DNA from: an uncultured bacterium
GTDB taxonomy: Bacteria; SAR324; NAC60-12
Assembly (NCBI GenBank): GCA_964010765.1
Contig: CAXGMD010000054.1
Span: 1-23,267 of the forward strand
Direction of reading: 5' to 3'
DNA: 23,267 nucleotides
Shown one piece after another: positions 9,283 to 17,833 of this stretch. Numbering within the stretch: position 1 is the stretch's first letter; each line of letters begins with the position of its first letter. Position numbers and translations under genes: made by a program. A model generated the notes under the pieces. It was not told the origin of the DNA and searched no databases. It worked only from the letters and a program-made list of their open reading frames with translations.

Positions 9283-10623
9283 ATGAAAAAGGGATGGATC
9301 AAGTCAATGCTGCAGACCGCAGCCGGTGCTGCACTAGCGCTGACGGTCATGGCGGCGCCAAGCCAGAAGGCTCAAGCCCAAAGCCTCACTCTATGCTGGG
9401 CAGCGTGGGACCCTGCAAACGCTTTGGTTGAGATGTCCAAGGACTTCACAGCCCAGAGTGGAATCGAAATGAACTTCGAGTTCGTGCCCTGGCCCAATTA
9501 TGCTGACCGAATGCTAAACGAACTGAACTCCGGCGGTAAACTTTGTGACCTGCTGATTGGAGACAGTCAGTGGATCGGTGGTTCTGCTGAGAATGGACAC
9601 TACGTTAAGCTAAACAGCTTCTTCGATAAGGAAGGCATCTCAATGGATGACTTCCTGCCAGCAACTGTTTACGCCTACTCTACCTGGCCAAAAGGAAGCC
9701 CCAACTACTGGGCTCTGCCGGCGATGGGTGATGCCAATGGCTGGGTCTACCGAAAGGACTGGTTCTCGCGGCCGGCGCTACGTTCAGAATTCAAGTCCAA
9801 GTACGGACGTGATCTGGAGCCGCCAAAGACCTGGACAGAGATGAAGGACATTGCCGAGTTCTTCCAGGGGCGAGATATTGACGGGAAGCGTGTCTATGGT
9901 GCTGCGATCTTCACCGAGCGTGGATCTGAGGGAATCACAATGGGTGCGACTGGTGCTCTCTACTCCTGGGGTTTCAAGTACCAAAATCCTAACAAGCCCT
10001 ATGACATGGAAGGCTTTGTTAACTCACCGGATGCTGTGGCAGCGCTGGAATTCTACAAGGAACTCTACAAGTGCTGTACTCCTCCAGGCTACACCGATAG
10101 CTACATGTCAGAAGGACTGGATGCGTTCAAGTCCGGACAGGTTGCTATGATGATGAACTGGTTCGCTTTCTTCCCAGGTCTCCACAAGGACCCTGTAGTG
10201 GGTGGTGACAAGATCGGATTCTTCGTGAATCCAGGTCAGAAAGTAGAAGCTTCTACATTGGGTGGACAGGGAATCTCCGTGGTTTCCTACTCCGAGAAGA
10301 AGGATCAAGCCTTGGAGTACATCAAGTGGTTCGCTTCCCCTGAAGTTCAGAAGAAGTGGTGGTCATTGGGTGGATATTCTTGCCACAAGTCTGTTCTTTT
10401 GGATCCAGGCTTTGCTAACACCCAACCGTTTGCTGCAGACTTCCTGAAGGCGATGGATGGAGTTCAGGATTTCTGGCAGGAGCCTGCTTACGCAGAACTG
10501 CTGCTAGCGATGCAGAAGCGCGTGCATGACTTTGTGGTTGCTGATCAAGGAACCGCTCAAGAAGCACTCGACAAGTTGATTGAAGACTGGACAGAGACCT
10601 TCGAAGACGAAGGCAAGCTCTAA
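9283..10623 (+). CDS. CUT1 carbohydrate ABC transporter substrate-binding protein
   Basis: Sec signal peptide (MKKGWIK...AQA/Q), 446 aa, SBP family 1 features (YALPAM-like YWALPAM, YRKDWF, PPKTWTE, FKSGQVAMMMNW, TLGGQGISV). Strong SD AGAGAGGA. Confidence 0.93.
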   Translation: MKKGWIKSMLQTAAGAALALTVMAAPSQKAQAQSLTLCWAAWDPANALVEMSKDFTAQSGIEMNFEFVPWPNYADRMLNELNSGGKLCDLLIGDSQWIGGSAENGHYVKLNSFFDKEGISMDDFLPATVYAYSTWPKGSPNYWALPAMGDANGWVYRKDWFSRPALRSEFKSKYGRDLEPPKTWTEMKDIAEFFQGRDIDGKRVYGAAIFTERGSEGITMGATGALYSWGFKYQNPNKPYDMEGFVNSPDAVAALEFYKELYKCCTPPGYTDSYMSEGLDAFKSGQVAMMMNWFAFFPGLHKDPVVGGDKIGFFVNPGQKVEASTLGGQGISVVSYSEKKDQALEYIKWFASPEVQKKWWSLGGYSCHKSVLLDPGFANTQPFAADFLKAMDGVQDFWQEPAYAELLLAMQKRVHDFVVADQGTAQEALDKLIEDWTETFEDEGKL

Positions 10624-10630
10624 GATGAAT

Positions 10631-10670
10631 TCACAGGAATTCACTGTTACTAGCAGTTGAATTCCTGTGA
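10631..10670 (+). terminator. Intercistronic stem-loop (partial terminator or mRNA stabiliser) after the binding-protein gene
   Basis: Perfect 13-bp arms TCACAGGAATTCA (10631-10643) / TGAATTCCTGTGA (10658-10670) with further inner CTG/CAG pairing. Only a weak U-tract follows. Confidence 0.65.
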
Positions 10671-10694
10671 TCAGTTTCAATTAAACGGAGCCCG

Positions 10695-11657
10695 ATGCCT
10701 CGTCCTTCCATACTTCAAAAAATTGCTTCCTCTGCAGCTGTTGCGACACCTGCGCCCGTTGCCAGGCAAGTCAGAGGGCTGTCAGATCGAGCCATTGCCT
10801 GGCTCTTTGTGACTCCAACAATCCTACTGTTGTTGGCGATCAACATCTTCCCGTTGATTTGGACCATCCAACTATCCTTTACCAACTACAAAGCGAACCG
10901 TGCTGCCCGCGGTGAAAAGTTCATTGGCCTCAGAAACTACGAGCGTGTGCTGGGTGATGCAGATATCTGGATCACCTTGCAGACGACCGCACACTTTCTC
11001 ATATGGACGATGCTGCTGCAGGTACTGCTAGGCTTTGGCCTAGCTTGGCTGCTGAACAAGCAATTCAAAGGACACTCTTTCTGGACCACGCTGATCTTGC
11101 TGCCAATGATGCTTTCACCGGCAGTAGTGGGAAATTTCTGGCGCTTTCTCTATCAACCCCAGATCGGTCTTTTCAATTACATCATCGCCTTCTTCACAGG
11201 CGCTGATCCTTCTTCTTTTGAGATGTTGGGGGATGTAAACTTAGCACCCTGGTCCATCGTGATAGTCGACACATGGATGTGGACACCCTACATCATGCTG
11301 ATCTGCCTAGCAGGCTTGCGTTCAATCCCAGACTACATCTATGAAGCGGCAGAAGTAGATCGGGCATCAAAGTGGCGACAGTTTTGGTCAATTACTATAC
11401 CAATGATCCTGCCTTTCTTGATGCTTGCGGTGCTTTTCCGAGCTATCGAAAACTTCAAAATGTTCGATTTAGTTGTTCAACTTACTAACGGAGGCCCTGG
11501 CTCAGTGACTGAACTAGCTTCGATAAATCTAAAGCGAGAGGCTTTTGAGAAGTGGCGGACTGGATACTCTTCAGCCTTTGCCATCATTCTTTTTGTGACA
11601 GTCTTTGGCGTGGCGAACATCTACGTCAAAGCTCTCAATGCGGTGAAGCAACGATGA
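10695..11657 (+). CDS. Carbohydrate ABC transporter permease (MalF/UgpA-like)
   Basis: FVTPTILLL, FIGLRNY, LILLPMMLSP, DTWMWTPY, EAA loop IPDYIYEAAEVDRASKW, LTNGGPG. Confidence 0.95.
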   Translation: MPRPSILQKIASSAAVATPAPVARQVRGLSDRAIAWLFVTPTILLLLAINIFPLIWTIQLSFTNYKANRAARGEKFIGLRNYERVLGDADIWITLQTTAHFLIWTMLLQVLLGFGLAWLLNKQFKGHSFWTTLILLPMMLSPAVVGNFWRFLYQPQIGLFNYIIAFFTGADPSSFEMLGDVNLAPWSIVIVDTWMWTPYIMLICLAGLRSIPDYIYEAAEVDRASKWRQFWSITIPMILPFLMLAVLFRAIENFKMFDLVVQLTNGGPGSVTELASINLKREAFEKWRTGYSSAFAIILFVTVFGVANIYVKALNAVKQR

Positions 11658-12592
11658 GTTCCGCACCTCCACACGAAAAGCCCTGGGGCAAGCGATTAGC
11701 TGCTGGACTAGTTATTCTGTACGCATTGGTCAGCATCATTCCGCTGATTTGGATATTCCTAACGGGCTTCAAGTCACCCCAGGATTCGATCAGCTATCCT
11801 CCCAAGATGGTGTTCTCCCCAACCATGGAAGGCTATGTAAACGTCTTCACTACTCGAACTCGGCAAACTCCAGAGTACATGGAAACATTGCCGCCTCCGG
11901 AAACCTGGTACGATGAGTTGGTGCGCTCACGAAGCATGGTGATCGCAGGGCCTTCCAAGTTTGGGCAACGCTTCTTGAATTCCATCATCATCGGCTTCGG
12001 TTCTACCTTTCTTTCGGTCTTCCTGGGAACTCTGGCGGCTTATGCCTTCTCACGCTTTAAGATTCCGCTCAAAGACGATCTGATGTTTTTCATCCTCTCC
12101 ACCCGGATGATGCCACCAATCGCTGTGGCGATTCCCATCTTTTTGATGTATCGCGAGTTGGGCTTGGCAGATACGCATCTAGGAATGATCCTCCTCTACA
12201 CGGCTGTCAACATCTCCTTGGCGGTCTGGCTTCTGAAGGGCTTCATTGATGAGATTCCGCGGGAATACGAGGAAGCTGCGATGATTGATGGCTACTCTCG
12301 TTTCCAGTCTTTCCGTAAAGTGGTCTTACCCCAGGCAACTACAGGCATAGCAGCAACCGCAATATTCTGTTTGATCTTCAGTTGGAACGAATATGCCTTT
12401 GCCCTCCTACTAACCTCAGGCACCGCTCAGACAGCACCACCTTTCATTCCAACCATCATTGGGGAAGGTGGACTAGACTGGCCTGCGGTAGCAGCTGGCG
12501 CAACACTCTTCCTGGTACCCATCGTTTTCTTCACGATCATGCTCCGCAAGCATCTGCTACGTGGAATCACTTTCGGCGCCGTCCGCAAATAA
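11654..12592 (+). CDS. Carbohydrate ABC transporter permease (MalG/UgpE-like)
   Basis: Start MSSAPP at 11654 by ATGA overlap with the upstream stop. FLNSII, LAAYAFSR, RMMPPIAVAIP, EAA loop IPREYEEAAMIDG, FSWNEY. Confidence 0.95.
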   Translation: MSSAPPHEKPWGKRLAAGLVILYALVSIIPLIWIFLTGFKSPQDSISYPPKMVFSPTMEGYVNVFTTRTRQTPEYMETLPPPETWYDELVRSRSMVIAGPSKFGQRFLNSIIIGFGSTFLSVFLGTLAAYAFSRFKIPLKDDLMFFILSTRMMPPIAVAIPIFLMYRELGLADTHLGMILLYTAVNISLAVWLLKGFIDEIPREYEEAAMIDGYSRFQSFRKVVLPQATTGIAATAIFCLIFSWNEYAFALLLTSGTAQTAPPFIPTIIGEGGLDWPAVAAGATLFLVPIVFFTIMLRKHLLRGITFGAVRK

Positions 12593-12603
12593 AGAGGAGC
12601 TGG

Positions 12604-12798
12604 ATGTCAGAGAACACAACATTGAGCCTTCGGCGCTACTTTCGAAGAAATTTCTGGGAGTGGATTGCTACAGTGATCATCCTGTTTGGGGTGGTGATGT
12701 TGATGCAGCCCTTTTTGCTCGTGCTTTACACCTACTCCTTCGTGGTGATCCTCACAGGCACCGTTTTGTTCATCATCGTGAGCCACTTCCCGGAATAA
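12604..12798 (+). CDS. Small two-TM membrane protein, 64 aa; probable accessory ABC subunit
   Basis: AGAGGAG SD at 12593-12599. It fills the gap between permease 2 (11 nt) and ATPase 1 (3 nt). Basic N-terminus (RRYFRR) then two hydrophobic segments WIATVIILFGVVMLMQPF and LYTYSFVVILTGTVLFIIV. This is the C-terminal part of track ORF 12382..12798. Confidence 0.8.
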   Translation: MSENTTLSLRRYFRRNFWEWIATVIILFGVVMLMQPFLLVLYTYSFVVILTGTVLFIIVSHFPE

Positions 12799-12801
12799 CA
12801 A

Positions 12802-13896
12802 ATGGCCGAGATTCAAGTCAGTCGCCTGAAAAAATCCTTTGGGGAGTTTGTTGCGGTCCAAGACTCCAGCTTCACGATTCAAAACGGCGAATTCTTCGTG
12901 ATGTTGGGGCCCTCTGGGTGTGGAAAGACAACAACGTTACGGATGATTGCTGGATTGGAGTTGCCAACTTCTGGTGAGATTCGGCTGGATCAGGAGGAAG
13001 TTACTTTCCTACCAGCGTCTCAACGAGACATTGCGTTTGTCTTCCAGTTGTTTGCGCTCTATCCCCACATGAATGTGCGGAAAAATCTGGCTTTCCCATT
13101 GAAGTGCATCGGGATCCCTTCTTCAGAAATCAAGCAGCGAGTTGAAGAAGCGGCTCGTCTACTGAGAATTGATCATCTGCTGAATCGTTCTGTCTCCGGG
13201 TTATCTGGTGGTGACCGTCAACGCGTAGCCCTCGGAAGAGCGATCATTCGTCGCCCGAAAGCCTTCCTGATGGATGAACCTCTTGGTGCTCTTGATGCTG
13301 AATTTCGTAATTTGATGTGCCAGGAACTGAAGGGATTGCATGACCGAATTGAGGCAACGACGGTTTACGTCACGCATGACCAACTGGAGGCGATGGCGAT
13401 GTCTGACCGGATTGCGGTGATGAATCACGGTGTGATTGAGCAGTTGGGGACTCCAAGCGAGATCTACAATAAGCCAGCAACCATGTATGTCGCTGATTTT
13501 ATCGGATCTCCACCGATGAACTTGCTCACCTTGCCCAATTCGCTGGAGCCTGGACAAACGGAGATCACTCTGCCAGGCGAGGGTTGTGGAACACTTCGTT
13601 GTCCTGCGTCAACACAGGGTGTTCAAGCAGACAATCTTGTCTTGGGTGTTCGCCCGGAACACTTACTTCCAGAGCAGAACGGTCCCCTACCAGGAGAAAT
13701 CAGTGTCGTCGAATACATGGGAACCACCCAGATCTTGACCATCCAGACTCCTTACGGGCAAGCACTTTCTCGCGTTCGTAGCACTCATTCATTTGGGGAA
13801 GGACAATCAGTGCGATTGAATTTTGCTGCTCAGCGAGCCTCTCTGTTTGACAAGAGTGATGGCAAAGCATTGCCCACGGAGGTGACTCATGGCTGA
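12802..13896 (+). CDS. Carbohydrate ABC transporter ATP-binding protein 1 (MalK family)
   Basis: Walker A GPSGCGKTT, Q-loop VFQ, signature LSGGDRQ, Walker B FLMDE, YVTHDQ, FIGSPPMN, C-terminal GVRPEH TOBE region. Confidence 0.96.
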   Translation: MAEIQVSRLKKSFGEFVAVQDSSFTIQNGEFFVMLGPSGCGKTTTLRMIAGLELPTSGEIRLDQEEVTFLPASQRDIAFVFQLFALYPHMNVRKNLAFPLKCIGIPSSEIKQRVEEAARLLRIDHLLNRSVSGLSGGDRQRVALGRAIIRRPKAFLMDEPLGALDAEFRNLMCQELKGLHDRIEATTVYVTHDQLEAMAMSDRIAVMNHGVIEQLGTPSEIYNKPATMYVADFIGSPPMNLLTLPNSLEPGQTEITLPGEGCGTLRCPASTQGVQADNLVLGVRPEHLLPEQNGPLPGEISVVEYMGTTQILTIQTPYGQALSRVRSTHSFGEGQSVRLNFAAQRASLFDKSDGKALPTEVTHG

Positions 13897-14914
13897 GATC
13901 GCTCTCCAGGGAATACAGAAGCGCTTCGGGGATACGCTTGCTATCAACAACCTTGAGTTGACCATTGGAGATGGAGAACTGGTCGTTTTGTTGGGCCCTT
14001 CGGGAGCTGGCAAGACAACCACTCTCCGCTTGATTGCTGGATTGGAGGAGGCAGATTCTGGAAGTATTCGGATCAATGGCCTGGACATGACAAAGTCGCA
14101 ACCCGCTGAGCGAGATGTTGCGTTTGTTTTCCAGCAATACTCGCTGTATCCACACCTAACGGTTCGGGACAACCTGAGCTTCCCGCTTCGCTCGCCAGTA
14201 TCCGGTCTTTCAGAAGACGCTGTTGCCAGTCGGGTTGAGGAAATTGCGAAGATGGTGCGGATCAAACACAAGCTTGAAAATAAGGCCACGGCCTTGTCCG
14301 GTGGGGAGATGCAGCGTGTCGCGATTGGCCGGGCACTGGTACGAAAGCCAACCATCTATCTAATGGATGAACCGCTCTCCTCCCTGGATGCGAAGCTGCG
14401 AGCTGAACTGCGAGTGGAGTTGAAGCACATTCAGCAGAATCTTGGGGCAACGATCCTTTATGTGACCCACGACCAGGTGGAAGCAATGACTCTGGCTGAT
14501 CGCATTGGTGTGCTCCGAGAGGGTGAACTGGTACAGCTGGGAACCCCCAAGGAAATTTTTGAACAGCCAAACAATACCTATGTGGCTGAGCGACTTGGGC
14601 AACCCTCGATCAATCTTGTGCCATTGAGTAATGAATGGCCCGTACAGGCTCCTGCCAACACCACACAGCTTGGATTGCGGACAGACCATGTTCAGTTGCA
14701 TTCTGCAGATAAGCAGACCCAAGCCACGGTTCCAGCCCAAGTGCAACGTGTTGAATATCTTGGCGACCAGACCTACCTGCATCTGCTCTGTGCAGGACAG
14801 GATCTCACCTTGCTGGCGGATCCAGCAACCTTGCTGAAGGAAGGTGACGGGGTAGCCCTTGAACTGGTGCAACCTCTTTTCTTCGACCAATCCGGAAATC
14901 GTTTGTCTGCTTGA
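13889..14914 (+). CDS. Carbohydrate ABC transporter ATP-binding protein 2 (MalK family)
   Basis: GPSGAGKTT, VFQQYSLYPH, LSGGEMQ, YLMDEPLS, YVTHDQ. Overlaps ATPase 1 by 8 nt, with a GGAGG SD. Confidence 0.96.
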   Translation: MAEIALQGIQKRFGDTLAINNLELTIGDGELVVLLGPSGAGKTTTLRLIAGLEEADSGSIRINGLDMTKSQPAERDVAFVFQQYSLYPHLTVRDNLSFPLRSPVSGLSEDAVASRVEEIAKMVRIKHKLENKATALSGGEMQRVAIGRALVRKPTIYLMDEPLSSLDAKLRAELRVELKHIQQNLGATILYVTHDQVEAMTLADRIGVLREGELVQLGTPKEIFEQPNNTYVAERLGQPSINLVPLSNEWPVQAPANTTQLGLRTDHVQLHSADKQTQATVPAQVQRVEYLGDQTYLHLLCAGQDLTLLADPATLLKEGDGVALELVQPLFFDQSGNRLSA

Positions 14915-14944
14915 GGGCAAGGCAACTTGATGGGGAAGCTACAG

Positions 14945-15553
14945 ATGACTCCAGACTTACTTAGATCGTTACTTCAAGGAACTGCAGAAGCAGTGATTGC
15001 CCAAGCTGAACACCTCACGGCTTTGGATCAAGCTATTGGTGATGGTGATCACGGCATCAACATGAAGAGAGGCCTGGAGAACGTGCTCGCTGATTTGGAA
15101 AATATCACAGCCAAACCACCAGCCGAGGCTCTTAAAGCGGTAGGCATGACCATGGTGATGAAAGTCGGTGGAGCCTCTGGTCCACTCTATGGCACCCTGG
15201 CGGTGACGCTGGGTAAGGAATGGCCAACAGACGATGAGCTAGACTCGGCGAAATTGGGCCAGATGCTCGCGGCATCCATCGAAGCTTTGAAGAAACGAGG
15301 AAAAGCAGATCTTGGAGCCAAGACCATGTTGGATGTGCTGGCTCCAGTCCAGCAAGCCTTGGAAGCAAATAAATCAATGACGGAGATCTCTGCGATTGCC
15401 CAGCAAGCCGCAGAAGCCACAATTCCAATGAAAGCAACTCGCGGACGGGCTTCCTTTCTGGGTGATCGTTCCATCGGACACATGGACCCTGGGGCCTATT
15501 CCTCTGCATTGATAATTCAAACTATCTGTCAACTTCTGGAAGAGAAATCATGA
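14945..15553 (+). CDS. dhaL: PEP-dependent dihydroxyacetone kinase, ADP-binding subunit
   Basis: LDQAIGDGDHGINM, GGASGPLYG, KTMLDV, ATRGRASFLGDRSIGHMDPGA. Start uncertain: 14930 or 14945 (the latter follows GGGGAAG). Confidence 0.93.
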   Translation: MTPDLLRSLLQGTAEAVIAQAEHLTALDQAIGDGDHGINMKRGLENVLADLENITAKPPAEALKAVGMTMVMKVGGASGPLYGTLAVTLGKEWPTDDELDSAKLGQMLAASIEALKKRGKADLGAKTMLDVLAPVQQALEANKSMTEISAIAQQAAEATIPMKATRGRASFLGDRSIGHMDPGAYSSALIIQTICQLLEEKS

Positions 15554-15930
15554 GTAACGTGGGCATTGTGATCGTTTCACATTCTCAGCAGGTCGCTGCG
15601 GGTACGGCTGAAATGGTGCTGCAGATGGTGGGAGATGAAGTTCCTCTTGCCTGGTGTGGTGGCAACCCTGATGGTGGTTTGGGGACAAGTGTAGAAGCGA
15701 TCATGGAAGCCATCTCTAAAGCCTGGTCAGATTCTGGAGTAGCCGTAATGGTTGATCTCGGTGGAGCTGAAACAAATAGTGAGATGGCGATTGAAATGCT
15801 ACCTGCCGAACGACAAAAGAAAGTTGTGATCTGCAATGCCCCGATTGTCGAAGGGAGTGTCATCGCAGCGACGGAAGCATCTGGTGGTGCAAGCCTGGAA
15901 GAAGTCAAAAGCTCAGCAGAAGAAATGTGA
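15550..15930 (+). CDS. dhaM: Dihydroxyacetone kinase phosphotransfer subunit, stand-alone EIIA(Man)-like domain
   Basis: VGIVIVSHS (phospho-His), CGGNPDGGLGTS, VMVDLGGAETN, NAPIVEG. 126 aa, single domain. ATGA overlap with dhaL. Confidence 0.93.
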   Translation: MSNVGIVIVSHSQQVAAGTAEMVLQMVGDEVPLAWCGGNPDGGLGTSVEAIMEAISKAWSDSGVAVMVDLGGAETNSEMAIEMLPAERQKKVVICNAPIVEGSVIAATEASGGASLEEVKSSAEEM

Positions 15931-15936
15931 GGAGGC

Positions 15937-16254
15937 ATGACTGAAGAAAATACCTGGACTTCTGAGGGTGCGGTAGAAATCACTCATGATGTGGGTCTAC
16001 ATGCGAGGCCCTCTGTCAAGTTGACCAAGCTCGCCAAGCGCTTCTCAGCACGGATTGAAATCGCAGCTGACTCTGAGGGTCCTTGGATCGATGCCAAAAG
16101 TATTGTCAAGGTGATGGGAGCCAAAATGCCGCAGGGAACCATTCTGCAATTGAGAGCCACAGGAACAGACGCTCAGCCTGCCGTGGAGGCTTTGATTGAT
16201 TTGGTCAATCAGGATTTTGAGGAATCACAGGATGCCCAGTCAGCCTCAGCTTAA
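15937..16254 (+). CDS. ptsH: HPr-family phosphocarrier protein
   Basis: GLHARPS (His15 equivalent), DAKSIVKVM (Ser46 equivalent), ATGTDA. GGAGG SD. Confidence 0.93.
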   Translation: MTEENTWTSEGAVEITHDVGLHARPSVKLTKLAKRFSARIEIAADSEGPWIDAKSIVKVMGAKMPQGTILQLRATGTDAQPAVEALIDLVNQDFEESQDAQSASA

Positions 16255-17833
16255 AGGAATCAGTGCAGCTCCTGGTCTTGCTCAGGGTGCGGCATTCTGG
16301 GCGGAGGCGCCTGCCGTAGTAGATTTTGCAGACTCCTTGAAACCCACGATTGATCTAGCGGAAGCCCTGACGTTGGCCAGTAGCCAGTTGGTGGAGTTGA
16401 TGGAGCGAGTCGAGGGAGACGACGCAGAAATCCTCGAGTTTCAGCTTGCGATGCTCGAAGATGAAGCTCTCACTGATCCAGTACGTCAGGCTTTTGCAGC
16501 GGGTACGACATTGATTGAAGCCTGGCAACAAACCCTGGACGAACATGTCACAGACTACGAGCAAAGTGAAGACGAGTACTTTCAGGCACGGGCCAGTGAC
16601 CTACGTGATATTCGTGACCGAGTCCTCAGGATTCTACGTGGAGAAACAGAAGCTGCGATCCCTGAGGGAGCGATCCTGCTCGCAACCGATTTAACTCCCA
16701 GTCGCTTTCTCAGCCTAGATTGGAACAAGGGTGGGGGAGTGGTCTTGCGGGAAGGTAGCCCTTCAAGTCATGTAGCCATGCTAGCACGTTCCCGTGGGGT
16801 GCCGATGTTGGTAGGCATTGGAGACCTCCAAACTGGAGCTTTCCCAGATCAAACCAGATTGTTGCTGGATGCGGATGAAGGTGTGCTGCACGTAGATCCT
16901 TCCACAGAGGAAACCCAAGCCTTTGAGCATAAGCTGCAAATAGCTGTAGAGGAAGCAGAACGACTAGCCCCTTTATTGAATCAACCCGCGCAAACTTTGA
17001 ATGGAACATCGGTTCAGGTACTGATCAATGTGGCGCTGCCAGAAGAATTGGCAAAACTCAATTCAGCGCATTGTGATGGAATCGGCCTGATGCGTTCAGA
17101 ATTTCTGTTTCACCATGGGCTACCCAGCGAAGAATCACAATACCGATCCTATCGAAAACTCTTGGAATGGGCTGGAGAAAAGCCAGTAACGATTCGTACT
17201 CTTGATGCAGGCGGTGACAAGCCTCTGCCCGGGCTGGAGCAACCAACTGAAAGTAACCCGTTTCTTGGTCTACGAGGACTCCGACTTTCCCTACGACAAC
17301 CAGAGGTCTTCCGAACTCAACTCCGTGCACTGTGCAGGGCAGCTGTTCATGGAAATCTGAAGGTGATGGTGCCGATGGTTACTGTCCCTGATGAATTACA
17401 TTCGACCCGGGAATTATTGGAAGATGTTTGTGCCGAACTTACCACAGAAGGTACTGAATTCCATAAGCCAGTTCTCGGAATGATGGTAGAAGTCCCCGCT
17501 GCTGCTCTGGCTCCTGAGTTGTTTGCTGATGCTGCGTTCTTTTCAATTGGTAGTAATGATCTGGTTCAATATCTGACAGCTAGTGCACGCGACCTTCATC
17601 ATGTTGCAGATCTGGCAGATCCTGGCCATCCAGCAGTCTTGCGAGTCATTAGAGAATTAGCGCAGCATTGCGCTCGTTCCGGCCAAGAGTTGAGCCTTTG
17701 CGGAGATATGGGTAGCGATCCGAATTTCATCGCACAGTTACTGGAAGTGGGCTTGCGTAATTTGTCAGTGGCACCAGCCCGCTTGGGGAAGACCAAGTGG
17801 ACCATTCGTGAAACCAATCTGGAGGGGGTGTGA
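16232..17833 (+). CDS. ptsI: Phosphoenolpyruvate-protein phosphotransferase (PTS enzyme I)
   Basis: KGISAAPGLAQG, RASDLRDI, DLTPS, EGSPSSHVAMLARS (phospho-His), GIGLMRSEF, IRTLDAGGDK, ESNPFLGLRGLR, MMVEVP, FSIGSNDLVQY, LCGDMG (catalytic Cys). ATG at 16232 after GAGGA; overlaps the HPr gene by 23 nt; no GAF domain. Confidence 0.94.
   Translation: MPSQPQLKGISAAPGLAQGAAFWAEAPAVVDFADSLKPTIDLAEALTLASSQLVELMERVEGDDAEILEFQLAMLEDEALTDPVRQAFAAGTTLIEAWQQTLDEHVTDYEQSEDEYFQARASDLRDIRDRVLRILRGETEAAIPEGAILLATDLTPSRFLSLDWNKGGGVVLREGSPSSHVAMLARSRGVPMLVGIGDLQTGAFPDQTRLLLDADEGVLHVDPSTEETQAFEHKLQIAVEEAERLAPLLNQPAQTLNGTSVQVLINVALPEELAKLNSAHCDGIGLMRSEFLFHHGLPSEESQYRSYRKLLEWAGEKPVTIRTLDAGGDKPLPGLEQPTESNPFLGLRGLRLSLRQPEVFRTQLRALCRAAVHGNLKVMVPMVTVPDELHSTRELLEDVCAELTTEGTEFHKPVLGMMVEVPAAALAPELFADAAFFSIGSNDLVQYLTASARDLHHVADLADPGHPAVLRVIRELAQHCARSGQELSLCGDMGSDPNFIAQLLEVGLRNLSVAPARLGKTKWTIRETNLEGV

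Noticed and set aside
11552..11653. Longer start of permease 2 in the ORF track
   Set aside because: It overlaps permease 1 by ~100 nt; the ATGA-coupled start at 11654 is more plausible.
12561..12977. 138-aa plus-strand ORF spanning the permease/ATPase gap
   Set aside because: It overlaps three better-supported genes out of frame, with no SD or recognisable motifs; the 64-aa TM ORF explains the gap.
13700..14920. Several 100-186 aa minus-strand ORFs opposite the ATPases
   Set aside because: Antisense shadows typical of conserved ABC ATPase genes; no independent motifs. The same applies to shadow ORFs opposite the malic enzyme, rarA, dhaM, tpx and the aminotransferase.
15937..17833. HPr/EI as the nitrogen PTS (NPr/PtsP) or a sugar-transport PTS
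   Set aside because: EI lacks the N-terminal GAF domain, there is no ptsN/rpoN context or EIIB/EIIC, and the genes are embedded among dhaL, dhaM and dhaK.
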